A stretch of 63,885 nt of DNA, the filler included, from Welwitschia mirabilis (lineage: Eukaryota), in the NCBI GenBank assembly GCA_051453625.1. It is 7 parts of one record of this genome, joined end to end, with 100 filler letters (N's around TTAATTAATTAA, not from the genome) between each part and the next. Parts side by side here need not be neighbours in the genome. Positions count along the whole stretch, not along the records: positions 1 to 25,278 come from JBOZIK010000001.1; 6 more parts are not named here. One strand, given 5' to 3'. Below are positions 1 through 12,373 of this stretch, in pieces (within the stretch, counting starts at the first letter, position 1; every line of letters starts with the position of its first letter). The translations under genes and the position numbers were made by a program. The notes below the pieces were generated by a model, which did no database searches, had not been told where the DNA came from, and worked only from the letters and a program-made list of their open reading frames with translations.

Positions 1-1637
1 AAGAAAAAAAGGAACAACTACCATACTTTTTCATATTATATCTTTAAAACATGGTAATCATGATGTCCTACTGCAAGTGCACCAGGTCGAATATTCCCAA
101 GATGGGCCTTTGATAGTGTAATATGATAGTTGTGAAAACTCCATTGAGGGATGGGTTAGTAATGCTATGCAAGTAATTATTTCTCTAACAGTGGTTGCAC
201 TTCCCTTATCATGTAAAAATTACTTGCTTTTTTTGTTTGTTTCTAGTACTTCCACATGAATACTCTAGTTTCTAGATGTTAGTGCTTGTTTTAATATGGT
301 AGCTTATAAGTTCTTGTTTTTAAATAAATTTTTATCTTATCCTTTACTATTTGATAACATTAGCATACTCGACATCATATAATCATTGCCTATTCGAGTG
401 GAACTTTATAACTTTTTACATTCTGTCATGCATCATTATCAAGTAATTTTATAATTGTTGCAAAGAGAATTTGTTAGGTTAGCATTTAGGGTAATCAAGT
501 AATCTTCTTCATGTTCCTAGTTATTTCATTTTCATTTTTATTTTTTTAGTTATTTTTTTGGATTTTCAAAGTCCTTATTCATACTTTTTCAGCATCATAT
601 CATGGACCTAATCATTTTCTAGTTTCTTGTTATTTATCTATAATGTTTTCTATAGGATTGTCATTTCTTTCTAGTAGGTTTTCATGATTTGATGAGTTCT
701 AGACTTTCATGCATTTAAGAACATTTGAGGCATCTTTGAGCATTACTTCTTCTCATTTAGTTAATTCTCCTTTGCTTTTGTTGTTCCCTTATCCATCATG
801 CAATTTTTTTTCAAGATAATTCTTTTCTTTTTCTCTGGTTACTCTCTTCTTTCTATTGTTTTTATATATTTTCTAGTTTTCTGAAATTTTCTGTCTTCAT
901 ATTCCTCTTTAAACAGCTATTTTAATGTTTATTATTCCATATCTATCATTCCAATAATAGGAGGGACAACACTCCTTCTCTATTTATGGTGTAATTCAAT
1001 ATGTCTAGCTTCTCCTGTGGGAGGGGTAGGACACCTTTTTGGGCATTAATCTATACTTATTGGCATAAATTTTTCAATTTCTAAGCTTTCATAACCTAAC
1101 TTTATGATGGGTTATTTGGATGAGTTTTTTATGCTATTTTAATAAATTCTTTGGATAATTTATGAACTTTATTTTAAAGGATCTAGTAATACTCTCACAT
1201 GTTTTTCCATAGACATGTTTTCAAATCATCTAAATCATGCTATATCTACTTTGTCCCTTGCCTTTTTGATGATACTAATGAATTTTGAGACATCATGTTT
1301 TGGAAAACAGCACTACTTAAGCTATCACGATATTCTATTATTATTGTTTCTATAATATGCATTCATAGCTTCATTTTTATGAGTCATCAAGTTACATTTT
1401 TATGATTCATGTATGTGTATCTTATTCATTTATTTTTTAATAACATGCTTAAGTAAGGAGCTTAAAAAAATTCTTTAGCACTTGTATTAATTACTTATTA
1501 ATGATATCATTTTCTTACATAATTTTATGAACTCAATTTACATCCTTTTAAGTACTATTTTTATCTTTGACAAATTGGCTTGCAATCTAGTTGATCGCTT
1601 TCTTTACCAGGAATTGACAAGGCTAAGTAAGAGGCTA
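1..1637 (+). mobile_element. Athila-type Ty3/gypsy 3' internal non-coding region ending in a PPT
   Basis: Shares the conserved block ATGATGTCCTAC..CAAGTGCACC..GGGCCTTTG (58-170) with other Athila copies in the window. Ends in AAGTAAGAGGCTA directly before LTR start TGTTATG. Confidence 0.75.
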
Positions 1638-2713
1638 TGTTATGATTTCAATTTGTAGGAATTTGATGGTGTATTTTGAGTACTTTTGTAGGAAATTCAT
1701 ATAGGTTTTAATGCAATACTAATAACTATAAAGATCTGACACGATGATCAGTAAAACATGTAATCCTTAGCATTTTTGGTAGTTTCTCAAGCCTATTTTG
1801 ATGCTACACATTTGGAAGAAGGACATTATAATGCAAATCACTAACTTAACTTGTAGAGTAAAGAAAAGGAATATTTTCATCCTATTTTTTGTCCCCATAA
1901 TAGACAGGATGATAACACTGCTAATATGGACTGAGGCTACAGNNNNNNNNNNNNNNNNNNNNNNNNNNNNNNNNNNNNNNNNNNNNNNNNNNNNNNNNNN
2001 NNNNNNNNNNNNNNNNNNNNNNNNNNNNNNNNNNNNNNNNNNGGAATATTTTCATCCTATTTTTTGTCCCCATAATAGACAGGATGATAACACTGCTAAT
2101 ATGGACTGAGGCTACAGGGCTGATAGTAAGACATGGAGCACATGGAATCATGTGACATGGTATCATTTTCTATGTCGTCTACATGACAAGTAGGGCGATG
2201 ACACTAATAATATAAGAAGACAACTCATGGACTAACAGCATTACATAGAGCACATGGAGTTAGGTGACACATGGTGTCATCCTCCTTATCATCCCTATAA
2301 CAGTCTGGATGATAATTGTTTTTACATGTTTAGAAGAAATATCATTGTAAATGTGTACAAACAACCTATGTAAGTTGTTATGGTTTTTGTTTCTTGCCTT
2401 TAGGGTTCTACCTTTAAATCCTCAATTGAAGAACTATATATAACCTTTCCCTCCTTTATTTCTACTCTATCTTTTATACCCAATAACTATGACAGAGGAT
2501 CAAAGGACAAGAGGTCCATCTAGTGCTATAGAAAGGAGTCTTCTTTGTGTTAGGCTGGGTCTCTTCCATTAAAGTGCTATTATTCTGATTGTAAGTGGAT
2601 GTATGTTCTGAATACTCTTTAAGTTAATAAAATTTCTTCTTTTCATTTCAATGTTTTAAATGTTCCTTATGTTTTAAGTTGATTATAGTTAAGTTACAAT
2701 CTATGATTTATTT
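1638..2713 (+). repeat. Athila-type 3' LTR (5' part, cut by gaps)
   Basis: Starts TGTTATGAT right after the PPT. The same PPT/LTR junction is seen inverted at 63169. Confidence 0.75.
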
Positions 2714-2905
2714 NNNNNNNNNNNNNNNNNNNNNNNNNNNNNNNNNNNNNNNNNNNNNNNNNNNNNNNNNNNNNNNNNNNNNNNNNNNNNNNNNNNNNNN
2801 NNNNNNNNNNNNNAACAATTTGGGATTTCAAGTAATCTAATATTTTCAAAATATTTCATTAAGCATAAACTTGTAAATTTATTAGAAAATTAAAAATGTG
2901 GACAT

Positions 2906-3584
2906 GACAAAGAGGTCCATCCAGTGCTATAGAAAGGAGTCTCCTTGGTGTTAGGCTAAGTCTCTTCTATTGAGGTGCTATTGTTCTGGTTATAAGTGGA
3001 TGTATGTTCTAAATACTCTTTGAGTTAATACAATTTCTCTTTTTTATTTCAATTCTGTAAATGTCCCTTATGGTTTAAGTTGATCATAGTTAAGTGACAA
3101 ATATGTGATTTATTTATTTATATCATAAGGGTAACCCTTATGAAGGCTAACCTTGGTTAGTAGCAGTAAATGTGCATTTCATTTCCATTTCATTTCATAT
3201 CGCATATTGCATATTCTTACTTGGATAGATTTCATAGTTTATATTGGTTAAGAACTAGTGGATGCTCTTCTTAATTGACATAAGTTATAAAGAAAGTAGT
3301 CTTTGTAACAGAAGGACTAGGATCTAAGGAGGGTCCATTTCCATGCCCATTCACTACATTTCATATTTATTCAATATTACATTGCATTTACTTGTTTATT
3401 TTCTTCCAGTTTTTTTAAGATAAAAAGACTTAAAATACTATGAAAAATCAATTCTCTAACTCTAATCTGAGTGCCTTCATTGGATTATGACATTCGCATA
3501 AACTTTTATCTATACTAGCATGTGTTTTTTCCAAGTTATATAAACCTAAAGAACTTCAAGATTGCATAAATTCAAACTACAACA
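2906..3584 (+). repeat. Athila-type LTR 3' half (second, diverged copy)
   Basis: 2906-3115 re-copies 2507-2713 with substitutions. Ends GCATAAATTCAAACTACAACA, the family LTR terminus (compare 38785, 44576, 52656). Confidence 0.7.
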
Positions 3585-3749
3585 AGATGCTTTCACTTAA
3601 TAATAATTAGTATATTATTTCTATAGTGAACTTAATAGCCAAATAAAATAACTAGTAAATTTTTCATGTAAAAAAAATTGATGAATTTCAATTTAAAAAA
3701 TGCATGGAGATTATTAATAGAACTTACAGAAGTAACTCAAACTTGGCCT

Positions 3750-4513
3750 TGTTGAGAATCCATTGTCATTGATTAATTTAATGAGTTTTTATAAGTTAGT
3801 CTTTTATGTAGATCTTTTCTAGAACCAGATGACCGATGTATGGTATTGGGTGACTGAACGATCAAGAACTGTAAAAACTACTTCAGAGTTGGGCAACCGC
3901 ACATTATATTCTGGGTGATCGAAAACTGATCAGTTAGCACATGGGAGACCGCTATAACAATATGAGTGATTGCATTTCATTCAAACTGACATAATCTGAT
4001 ATAGTTGTGGGCAATCATAGATATGCATACGGGCAATCGTATAACATGTGGTGAACTCCAACCCACTAGAAACACAAGCGACTACAGATATGCATGCAAG
4101 CAACTATACAACATGCAGTGAACTCCAACCTGCTAGAAACACGGGCGACCGTAGATATGAATACAGGTGACTATACAACATGTGGTAAACTTCAACCTAC
4201 TATAAACATGAGCAATCACAGATATTCATAAGGAAGACCATATGATATGCAGTGAGTTCCAACTAGATAGACATACGGGTGACCTTATGAAGTGCAGCAA
4301 GAATCCTACTGATAATAATATGGGTGACCTACCATAATTATAGGGGAAACCTAGATGAGGGTAACTGAGTATTTTCATGAGGGAGACCGAACCTGCACCA
4401 TATCCTATACTAAGAAAATCTACAAGAAGACAGAATGACAGAATGTTATAATAAGGTGACTGCATTTGATGGTCAACCTAATATAACTACAGGGTAATCG
4501 TGCGACAGAAAAT
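3750..4513 (+). repeat. SIRE 5' LTR (truncated by gap)
   Basis: TG start, colinear with 10280-11040, contains 67-bp tandem units. Confidence 0.9.
4020..4287 (+). repeat. 67-bp tandem repeat (about 4 units) in SIRE LTR U3
   Basis: GATATGCA/GATATGAA/GATATTCA anchors at 4020, 4087, 4154, 4221. Same period at 10550, 10617, 10684, 10751. Confidence 0.88.
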
Positions 4514-4613
4514 NNNNNNNNNNNNNNNNNNNNNNNNNNNNNNNNNNNNNNNNNNNNNNNNNNNNNNNNNNNNNNNNNNNNNNNNNNNNNNNNNNNNNNN
4601 NNNNNNNNNNNNN

Positions 4614-7600
4614 TTCAATGCTATTCCTACAACGGTTTTGGTCATACTTTAAATATCTGCCCAAATAATAGAAAAAAAAACAAAAGGAAGGGAAAGAAAG
4701 TCCTATTTGCAACATGGGATAATAATAAAAGTAAAAGTGAATAAAACTTAGATTTAAAACGTGGTGGTATCTCTCTCATGACGATCATCGATGAAAAGGT
4801 ATGTGCTACTTCTCACATTGATTCAGTCATTAGTAAAGACATGCTTAATGAAATTAAATGACTTGAAAAATAGCCTTGCATCAACTTCCTATAGAATAAA
4901 GGATTAATCCTCCAGAAAATCATTTCCTAGATCTTTTAATTCTTACCAATTCTCTTATTTCAAACCCTTGTATAAGGCATATTCCAAGAATTCATTAGCT
5001 AATATCACCTACCACTATTTCAACAAAAAGGGTTACTCTAAGATTAATTGTGTCTTTAGCAAAAGTTGGTTTCTGCACTTCCTTTTAGGATCTAAGTTTA
5101 CATTTACCAAGAAATCTCTTCATGTTATAAACAGAAACAATTGTCTGAGGTGGATTCCCAAGTCCAAAACTAAGAGTCTTTTGATTCAAATGACTTTAAG
5201 AGCAACTAATCATTCATGTTGGTATTTAGATAGTGGTTTCTTGAGATATATGACAGGTGATAAGTCAAACTTCATTAGCTTCAAGGAATACAATGGAGGA
5301 GAAGTCACTTTTGGGGACAATAGAAGAGCTCAAATTGAAGGGATTGGAAGCATCGATAGAGGTAATTTACCAAATATTCATAATGTTTTATTTGTAAATA
5401 GTTTAAAGCATAATTTATTAAGAATTAGTCAGATTTGTGATAAGGGTCATAAAGTCTTTTTTGATGAAAACTCTTGTATTGTGAAGCACAGAAAAACCAA
5501 TCAACCTTTACTTGTAGGAAATAGATATGAAAATGTGTATTGTGTAAATTAATCAAATAACTCTACATGTCTATCTTCTCTTACTCAAGGTGAAGTTATC
5601 TGATATCAACGTTGAGGTCATATTAGTTTTAACTCTTTGAAGAAATTGTGTCACGATAAGATAGTTAGAGGCCTTTCTAAAATCTCTTTTTTTCACAAAG
5701 GGCTATGTGATGCATGTTAAAAGGGAAAATAAACCAGATCATCTCACAAAAGGGTTAGTGATATCACAACTTGTAAACCCTTAGACTTAATTCATATAGA
5801 TTTGATTGGGCCTATCCAACCTACGAGTCTATCTGGAAAAAGATGTTTTCTAGTTATGGTTGATGATTTCTCTAGATTTTCATGGGTAGCTTTTTTTCAT
5901 GCAAAATCCGATGCCTATGAAAGCTTTATTAAAATTTGCAAAAAGCTTCAAATAAAGAGGGGATATATTATAAAGAAAATATGAAGTGATCATAGTAAGG
6001 AATTTGAAAATAAAAGATTCAAAATTTATTGCAACTTAAATGGAATTGGCCATGCATTTTTAGCTCCTAAAACCCCTCAACAAAATGGAATATCTAAAAG
6101 AAAAAATCGGATCTTATTAGGTATGGCTAGAGTGATGCTAAATGACAAAAACATTCCAAAACGATTTTGGCTGAAGCTATTAACATGACATGTCATATAT
6201 CGAACAGAGTCTATTTAAGGCCTAGAACTTCTAAAACTCCTTATGAGCTTTGGAAAGATAAAAAACCAAATATATCCTATTTTAAACTTTTGGAAGTAAA
6301 TGTTTTATCTCGAGAGATCAAGAGGATCTGGCAAAATGATGCAAAATCAGATGAGGGAATCTTTTTGGAATACTCCTAATCTAATAAAGCTATAGAGTTT
6401 TTAATAAAAGAACTCTTCATATGAAAGAATCAATTAATGTAAAGATACATGGGTTTTTAGATTCTTCAAAGTTCATTAACCTTGATGAAGATCCTATTCC
6501 CTCTTATTCTATTAACCAAAAGGATGAAATCTTAATAGATATAACAACTGTAGAAATTAAGAAACTTAAGGATCATTTTTTGGAGTCTATTATTGAAAAT
6601 GTTTAGTAAGGTATTTTTACCAGAAATTCTCTTAAAAACTTTAGTACTCATGTCTCTCTTTTGTCTCAAATCGAACCTAAATCTTTTTAAGAGGCTAAAT
6701 CTGATCCATTTTGGATCAATGTCATGCAATAAAATCTTGAATAACTAACTAGAAATAAGGTTTGGACTCTTATTCCAAAACCATCAAGAAAAAAATGTCA
6801 TAGGCACAAAGTGGATTTTCAGAAAGAAAGTAAATAATAACAATGAAATTACAAAGAATAAAGCTAGATTATTGGCTCAAACGTATTTCCAAATTGAAGG
6901 AGTTGATTATGGAGATACATTTGCTCCTGTTTCTAGATTAGAATCAATAAGGATATTTCTAGGTTTTGCCTATTTTAAGAAAATGAAAGTCTTTTAAAGG
7001 GATGTAAAAAGTGCATTTCTTAATCGAAATATTGAAGAAGAAGTTTATGTTAAACAACCTCAAGATTTTTCTGATCCACACAATCTTGAATATGTCTATA
7101 AACTTAACAAAGCCTTGTATGAGTTAAAACAAGCTCCCATAGCTTGGTATAAAAAGATCTCTTCTTTCTTACTTTAACATAATTTTTCTAGGGGATCCAT
7201 TGATAGAACTTTATTTCAAAAGGTGTTGAATAATGATTTAATTTTAGTATAAATATATGTTAATGATATTATTTTTGGATCAATAAATGAAAACTTATCA
7301 AATGATTTTGCCAAACTCTTAAGTTCTGAATTTGAAATGAGCATGATTGGACCTATAAATATATTTTTGGGCCTACAAATTCAGCAACACAAATAGGAAA
7401 TCTTTATTAATCAAAAAAAATATTCTTTAGATTTGGTTGAAAAATTCAAACTGGAAAATTCAAAGTGTATGAACTCTCCAATGGCCATGAATGTTAAACT
7501 CTATTTAGATGAACATGGAAAGGATGTGGATCAAAAGGTATATCATAGTATTATTGGAAGTTTATTATATCTAATGGCTAGTCACCTAGATATAGCTTTT

Positions 7601-8196
7601 AGTATTGGTTTGTGTGCTAGGTATCAAAGCAAACATAAGGAATCACATCTTACAACTGCAAAGAGAATACTACGTTATGTGAAAGGTACTCTAGACTTTG
7701 ATTTATAGTTTTCAAATGATACTTCTTTAAGTTTAACAGGATATAGTGATGAGGATTGGGCTGGCTGTAAAGATGATCACAAAAACACAAGAGGTGGATA
7801 TTTATTCTTGGAAATTATCTTATAGCTTGATATAGCAAAAAATAATGCTTCATATCCCTTTCTACCACTGAGGCTGAATACATAGCTACTGGCGCCTGTT
7901 GCACTCAGACCTTATGGATGAATGAGACCTTGAAGAACTATGGATTGAACATATCTGAAGTACCAATCCTGTGTGACAACTCAATTACTATTCAATTAGC
8001 TCACAACACAGTCCAACACACTCGAACCAAACACATCGATATCAGGTATCACTTCATTCGTGAATTAGTTGAAAAGAAAATTATATCTTTAAAATATATT
8101 TTCACAGAAGACTAATTGGCTGATATTTTTATAAAACCTCTATCTTCAGATCATTTTTTAACCCTTGAGGATTTTTTGGGTATCAAGTCTGAATAG
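4614..8196 (+). pseudogene. copia gag (C-term)-pol polyprotein: zinc knuckle, protease, integrase, RT, RNase H; many stops and frameshifts
   Basis: QCYSYNGFGHTLNICPN (4616). WYLDSGFLRYMTGD protease. MVDDFSRFSWV and APKTPQQNG integrase. DVKSAFLN, LYELKQAP and IYVNDIIFGS RT. SLSTTEAEY and HTRTKHIDIRYHFIRE RNase H. Stop at 8194-8196. Confidence 0.95.
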
Positions 8197-8799
8197 GACT
8201 TAGATTACCCAGCCTCATTTGAATAATTAAATTCAAGTTGGAGGGTTTAAATCTTTTCAAATCTTACATTTTTGAACCCTGATTAACCTAATTCTCAATT
8301 AGGGTGCCCGCTTTATTCTTAAATATCTCTCTATTAGATTTCATTCTTACTAGGTTGACCACATGTTAGGTTGGATCGACCAGTTTGAACCCAGTTTTTC
8401 CTATAAAATCCTAAAGAATATGGATTGACTAAACACTTAGTTTCATTTGACCTCATTCTTCTAATGTTTTTGTCTAGTTATATCAGGCCAACCGTGTTTT
8501 ATCTTTAGGTTAACTAGCTTTTAATCGGATTTCTCTATGAAATTTCTGTCTTACATGGTTAACCATTCACTTACTTAGGTCGACCACCACCTTACCATTA
8601 GGTTTTAAAATTTTTACATGGGTTGACCGATCATCTGATCAGTTACCCGCATTTAAGGTGATGCACTGCGGATATTTAAATCTACTCACACTTTTTTTTA
8701 CCTCTGTCTTATTCTTGGTGCCTCTTTTGTCATTTTCTGCACTTCTGAGGGGCCTTCTTCCACCTGTTTCACATGTTTTTTCTCAGATCTGGGATCTAA

Positions 8800-9799
8800 A
8801 TGGCTTCTCCTCAGCCAGGAAAGAGATCTAGGAAGAGAAGAAAGGAAGTATCAGTCAAGACTCCAAGTTATATGTTTTCTAGAATGACCTCTGGGAAACT
8901 TACCCATTTTGAGAAGCATTTTAAGATAAGTCCTATTGCACTAGAAAGGACTTGTGAACCTATGCAATTTTTGAGCCTCAAGGAGATCTAGACTCTACTG
9001 GAAGAAGTGAACTGGGGGTATTTTCTTTATGTGTTTGGCACATGCTACCCTTTGGTTACTAGGTTGTTCTATTCAAATGCTAGATATGATGCTTCCTAGT
9101 TCACATTCATTACCATTGTCTTTGGCTAAGAAATGCATGTTACAGCAGATCTAATAGCTTCCCTCATTGGTCTTTCAAGAGAAAACTGGGGAGAGTACTA
9201 GCCCATGGCAGAGTTATTCAAAGAGAAGGATGTAGCTACTCAACATGTGTGTGGCACACACATTACTTGGAAGAAAACCCTCAAAGCTTTCCAATTTTTT
9301 TCTGGGTTTTGTTTCCTATACTTGATTATGTCTTACAACTTCCTCCCAATTTCCATTCATAGAGATGAGCTCTCCAACTATTGAGTTTATCTCATGTATA
9401 CTTTGGACCAGCGAAGAGACTTAGATGCTCCTACCATCATGCTCAAACATGGTGAACCAACTTTAGCCATACAAATGACATGCCCTGCCCTATCCTTTCC
9501 TCATCACACGGATTTTTCATTACTTCATCATTCCTCATCTTGCTAGGCAGGAGATACAGAAGCCCTTGAGGCCTATAGATCATGGCATGTTATCAAGAAT
9601 GCTCATTTTTGAAGAACCTACTACTCCGTCTAGGCCTAAGGTTAAGGCCTCTTACACTCTAAAAATTCTCCATCTTCTTTATAGGATTGATTCATGAACT
9701 CGTCACATAAAAGAGGCCCTGATTATCAGTGGGACTCCCATTGCTGACACCTCTCAGAATGAGGGTTCTCAGGCTTCTGCATCTTTAAAGTCTAACTAA
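8800..9799 (+). pseudogene. SIRE extra ('env-like') ORF, decayed
   Basis: Starts MASPQPGKRSR. Reads through stops to CYPLVTRLFYSNA..VFG.EMHVTADLIASLIGL, alignable by eye to ORFs 24864-25250 and 57276-57548. Confidence 0.8.
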
Positions 9800-9863
9800 G
9801 TCTTTATGTGTTTTTTTTATGCTCTCCAATCTTTTTGTGTCCTCTCCATCCTTGATTTCATCA

Positions 9864-10279
9864 AAAAGGGGGAGAAAATATTTTTTAACATCTTTGTCAG
9901 TTATCACTTCTATGTATTACAAATTAGTCAGAACATATCTTTTAGATGTAATGAAACTTATTTGCATAATACAAAGAAGCTTATTTTTGTGCAAGTTACT
10001 TGTATTTCTTTTGATATATATATATAAAAACTATTAAATTTAAATGAGNNNNNNNNNNNNNNNNNNNNNNNNNNNNNNNNNNNNNNNNNNNNNNNNNNNN
10101 NNNNNNNNNNNNNNNNNNNNNNNNNNNNNNNNNNNNNNNNNNNNNNNNTTAAATTTAATAGTTTTCCAAGTTAAATGAGTTAGGGGGAGAATTTAATAGT
10201 TTTCCAAGTTAAATGAGTTAAGGGGAGAACCCAGATGTTAAATTATTATTTTTTCTCAATTAATAACAAAGGGGAAGTT
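9864..10279 (+). other. Sirevirus multi-PPT region
   Basis: AAAAAGGGGGAGA (9864), TAGGGGGAGA (10181), AAGGGGAGA (10220) and AAAGGGGAAGTT (10268) before the 3' LTR. Confidence 0.8.
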
Positions 10280-11086
10280 TGTTGAGAATCCATTATCATT
10301 AATTAATTTAACAATTTTTTGTAAGTTAGCCTTTTGTACAAGTCTTTTCTAGAACCAAGTGGCTAATGTATGATATCAGGCAACTGGATGATTAAGAACT
10401 GTAAACACTACTTTAGAGTTGGGTGACCGCACATTATATTCTGGGTGACCGAAAACTGGCTAGTTAACACATGAGCAACTACCATAAAAATATGGATGAC
10501 CGCATTTCATTCAGACTGATATAATTTGATACAGTTATGGGCGACCACAGATATGCATATAGGTGATCATATAACATGCAGTGAACTCTAACATGCTAGA
10601 AACATGGGTGACCGCAAATATGCATATGGATGATCATACAACATGCAATGAACTCCAACCTGCTAGAAACACGGGCGACTGCAAATATGGATATGGACAA
10701 TCATACAACATGTGGTGAACTCCAACCTGCTAGAAACATGGACAACCATAGATATTCATAAGGGTAACCACATGATATGCAATGAACTTCAACCAGATAG
10801 ACATATGGATGACCGTAGATGTTTAGATAGGTAACCTCACGATGCGCAGCAAGAATCCTACTGATAGCAGTATTGGTGATCTACTATAATTATATGGGTG
10901 ACCTAGATAAGAGTGACTGAGTATTTTCATGAGGGAGACCGAACTTGCAAGGAGACAGGGCAACCGAACGTTATAATAAGGGTGACCGCATTTGGCAATC
11001 GACTTAATATAACTACAAGTTGACCATGCGATAGAAAATAGTATCCATTATGAATACAATAGTTCCTTAGAAAATTACAATAGTTT
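10280..11086 (+). repeat. SIRE 3' LTR (truncated by gap)
   Basis: Follows the PPT and is colinear with 3750-4513. Confidence 0.9.
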
Positions 11087-11186
11087 NNNNNNNNNNNNNN
11101 NNNNNNNNNNNNNNNNNNNNNNNNNNNNNNNNNNNNNNNNNNNNNNNNNNNNNNNNNNNNNNNNNNNNNNNNNNNNNNNNNNNNNN

Positions 11187-11595
11187 TAAATTATGAGCAA
11201 ATAGCCATGCCTAAAAAAGCATGTCGTCTTAGCATTAGAAAAACTATGAATACGAGTAAATGCATTGTTACAAAGCACTACTATAGGTTCCTATCAGACA
11301 ATACCATCCTTTGGGTAAAATTCTTTCAAGATGATTATGATGATACAAAAAGCATTCTACCTTTTGAAAACACATGATTCATTCTACCAGAGAGATTTGG
11401 CCATAGGTTTTTAAAAATTAAACTTTTCCTATTCAAAATGGGAAAATAAGCATTTCAGCAATCTATCATAATTTATTTAAATGTTATCATAGATAAAAGA
11501 AATTATGGAAACTAAATGTTCCAAATAAAATTAAGACGTTTTGGTGGTATATGCTAAAGGGTTATGTTTCCACAGTAGATTAGCTCATTCAAAAA
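11187..11595 (+). mobile_element. LINE (L1-like) ORF2 fragment, zf-RVT region
   Basis: KLWKLNVPNKIKTFWWYMLKGYVSTVD at about 11499-11580 fits the WK..VP.KIK.F.W motif of plant L1 zf-RVT. Confidence 0.7.
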
Positions 11596-11604
11596 AAAAC
11601 TTAA

Positions 11605-12373
11605 GAGTTGATAGACATACGGGCGACCTATCATAATTATATGGGTGACCCAGATAAGGGCGATTGAGTATTTTCATGAAGGAGACTGAACCTGCACCAT
11701 ATCCTGTACTAAGAAAATTTGCAAGAAGACAGGGAAACTAAACGTTATAATAAGGGAAATCGCATTGAGCAGTTGACCTAATAAAACGATAGGTCGATTG
11801 TGCGACGAAAAATAGTATCCGTTATGAATACAACGATTCCTTAGAAAATCGCAACGGTTCTTTTCCTTGTGAGAAAATGGTCATACATTTCATCTCAAGT
11901 ATAAAAGCTTTCCTCTAAATACTAGAGGACATTGGCATGATCATTGTAACATCCCAAATTGAACAAGGATTGAAACACTCTCTACTAGCACATCTGAACT
12001 TCTCAAAAAGTTTAGATCTTTGTTGTACTTGCATCTTTACATCATCTTATGAAGAAAATTACTACACCATAAAGGACACATTTGTGCTTTAATGCATCCT
12101 TCTCTCTATCCTTCATTCTTGGTTGAGGATAAGCCACAAAATCCTTATTGGTTATGAAAGGTTATTTGGTGAGCCCGAAAACCAATCTTGTGAGCTAATA
12201 CATGTTAGCTAAAACAAGGAGTCTACAAAGCTAAAGGGTGGTGTCTATCCACCATTATATACCTTATTTTAGTATCTCTTTTCATATTGGTTTTTGCAGG
12301 TTATGATCAACAAGGAGATAAAAGTTCAAAACAGACCTATGCACCCCCCTCTAAGGTCGATCCTCGGTTTTCA
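11605..12373 (+). repeat. SIRE LTR 3' half (same family as 3750 and 10280)
   Basis: Matches 4265-4513 and 10795-11086. TATAAAA at 11900. Ends with the Sirevirus C-rich signal GCACCCCCCTCTAAGG..TTTTCA. Confidence 0.85.

Larger units (their letters stand above)
3750..11086 (+). mobile_element. Ty1/copia SIRE (Sirevirus) retrotransposon with extra 3' ORF, decayed
   Basis: Paired LTRs both start TGTTGAGAATCCATT (3750, 10280). Copia domain order PR-INT-RT-RH. Multiple AGGGGGAG PPT copies, and an extra ORF after pol. Confidence 0.93.

Noticed and set aside
1868-2117. Direct repeats flanking 100-N gaps (also near 14171/14350, 15880/16020, 19092/19290, 21604/21781, 59724/59894)
   Set aside because: Near-identical sequence on both sides of placeholder gaps indicates unmerged contig overlaps.
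4020-4287. CRISPR-like regular repeats
   Set aside because: Whole 67-bp units repeat with no unique spacers, there are no cas genes, and the array lies within a plant LTR.
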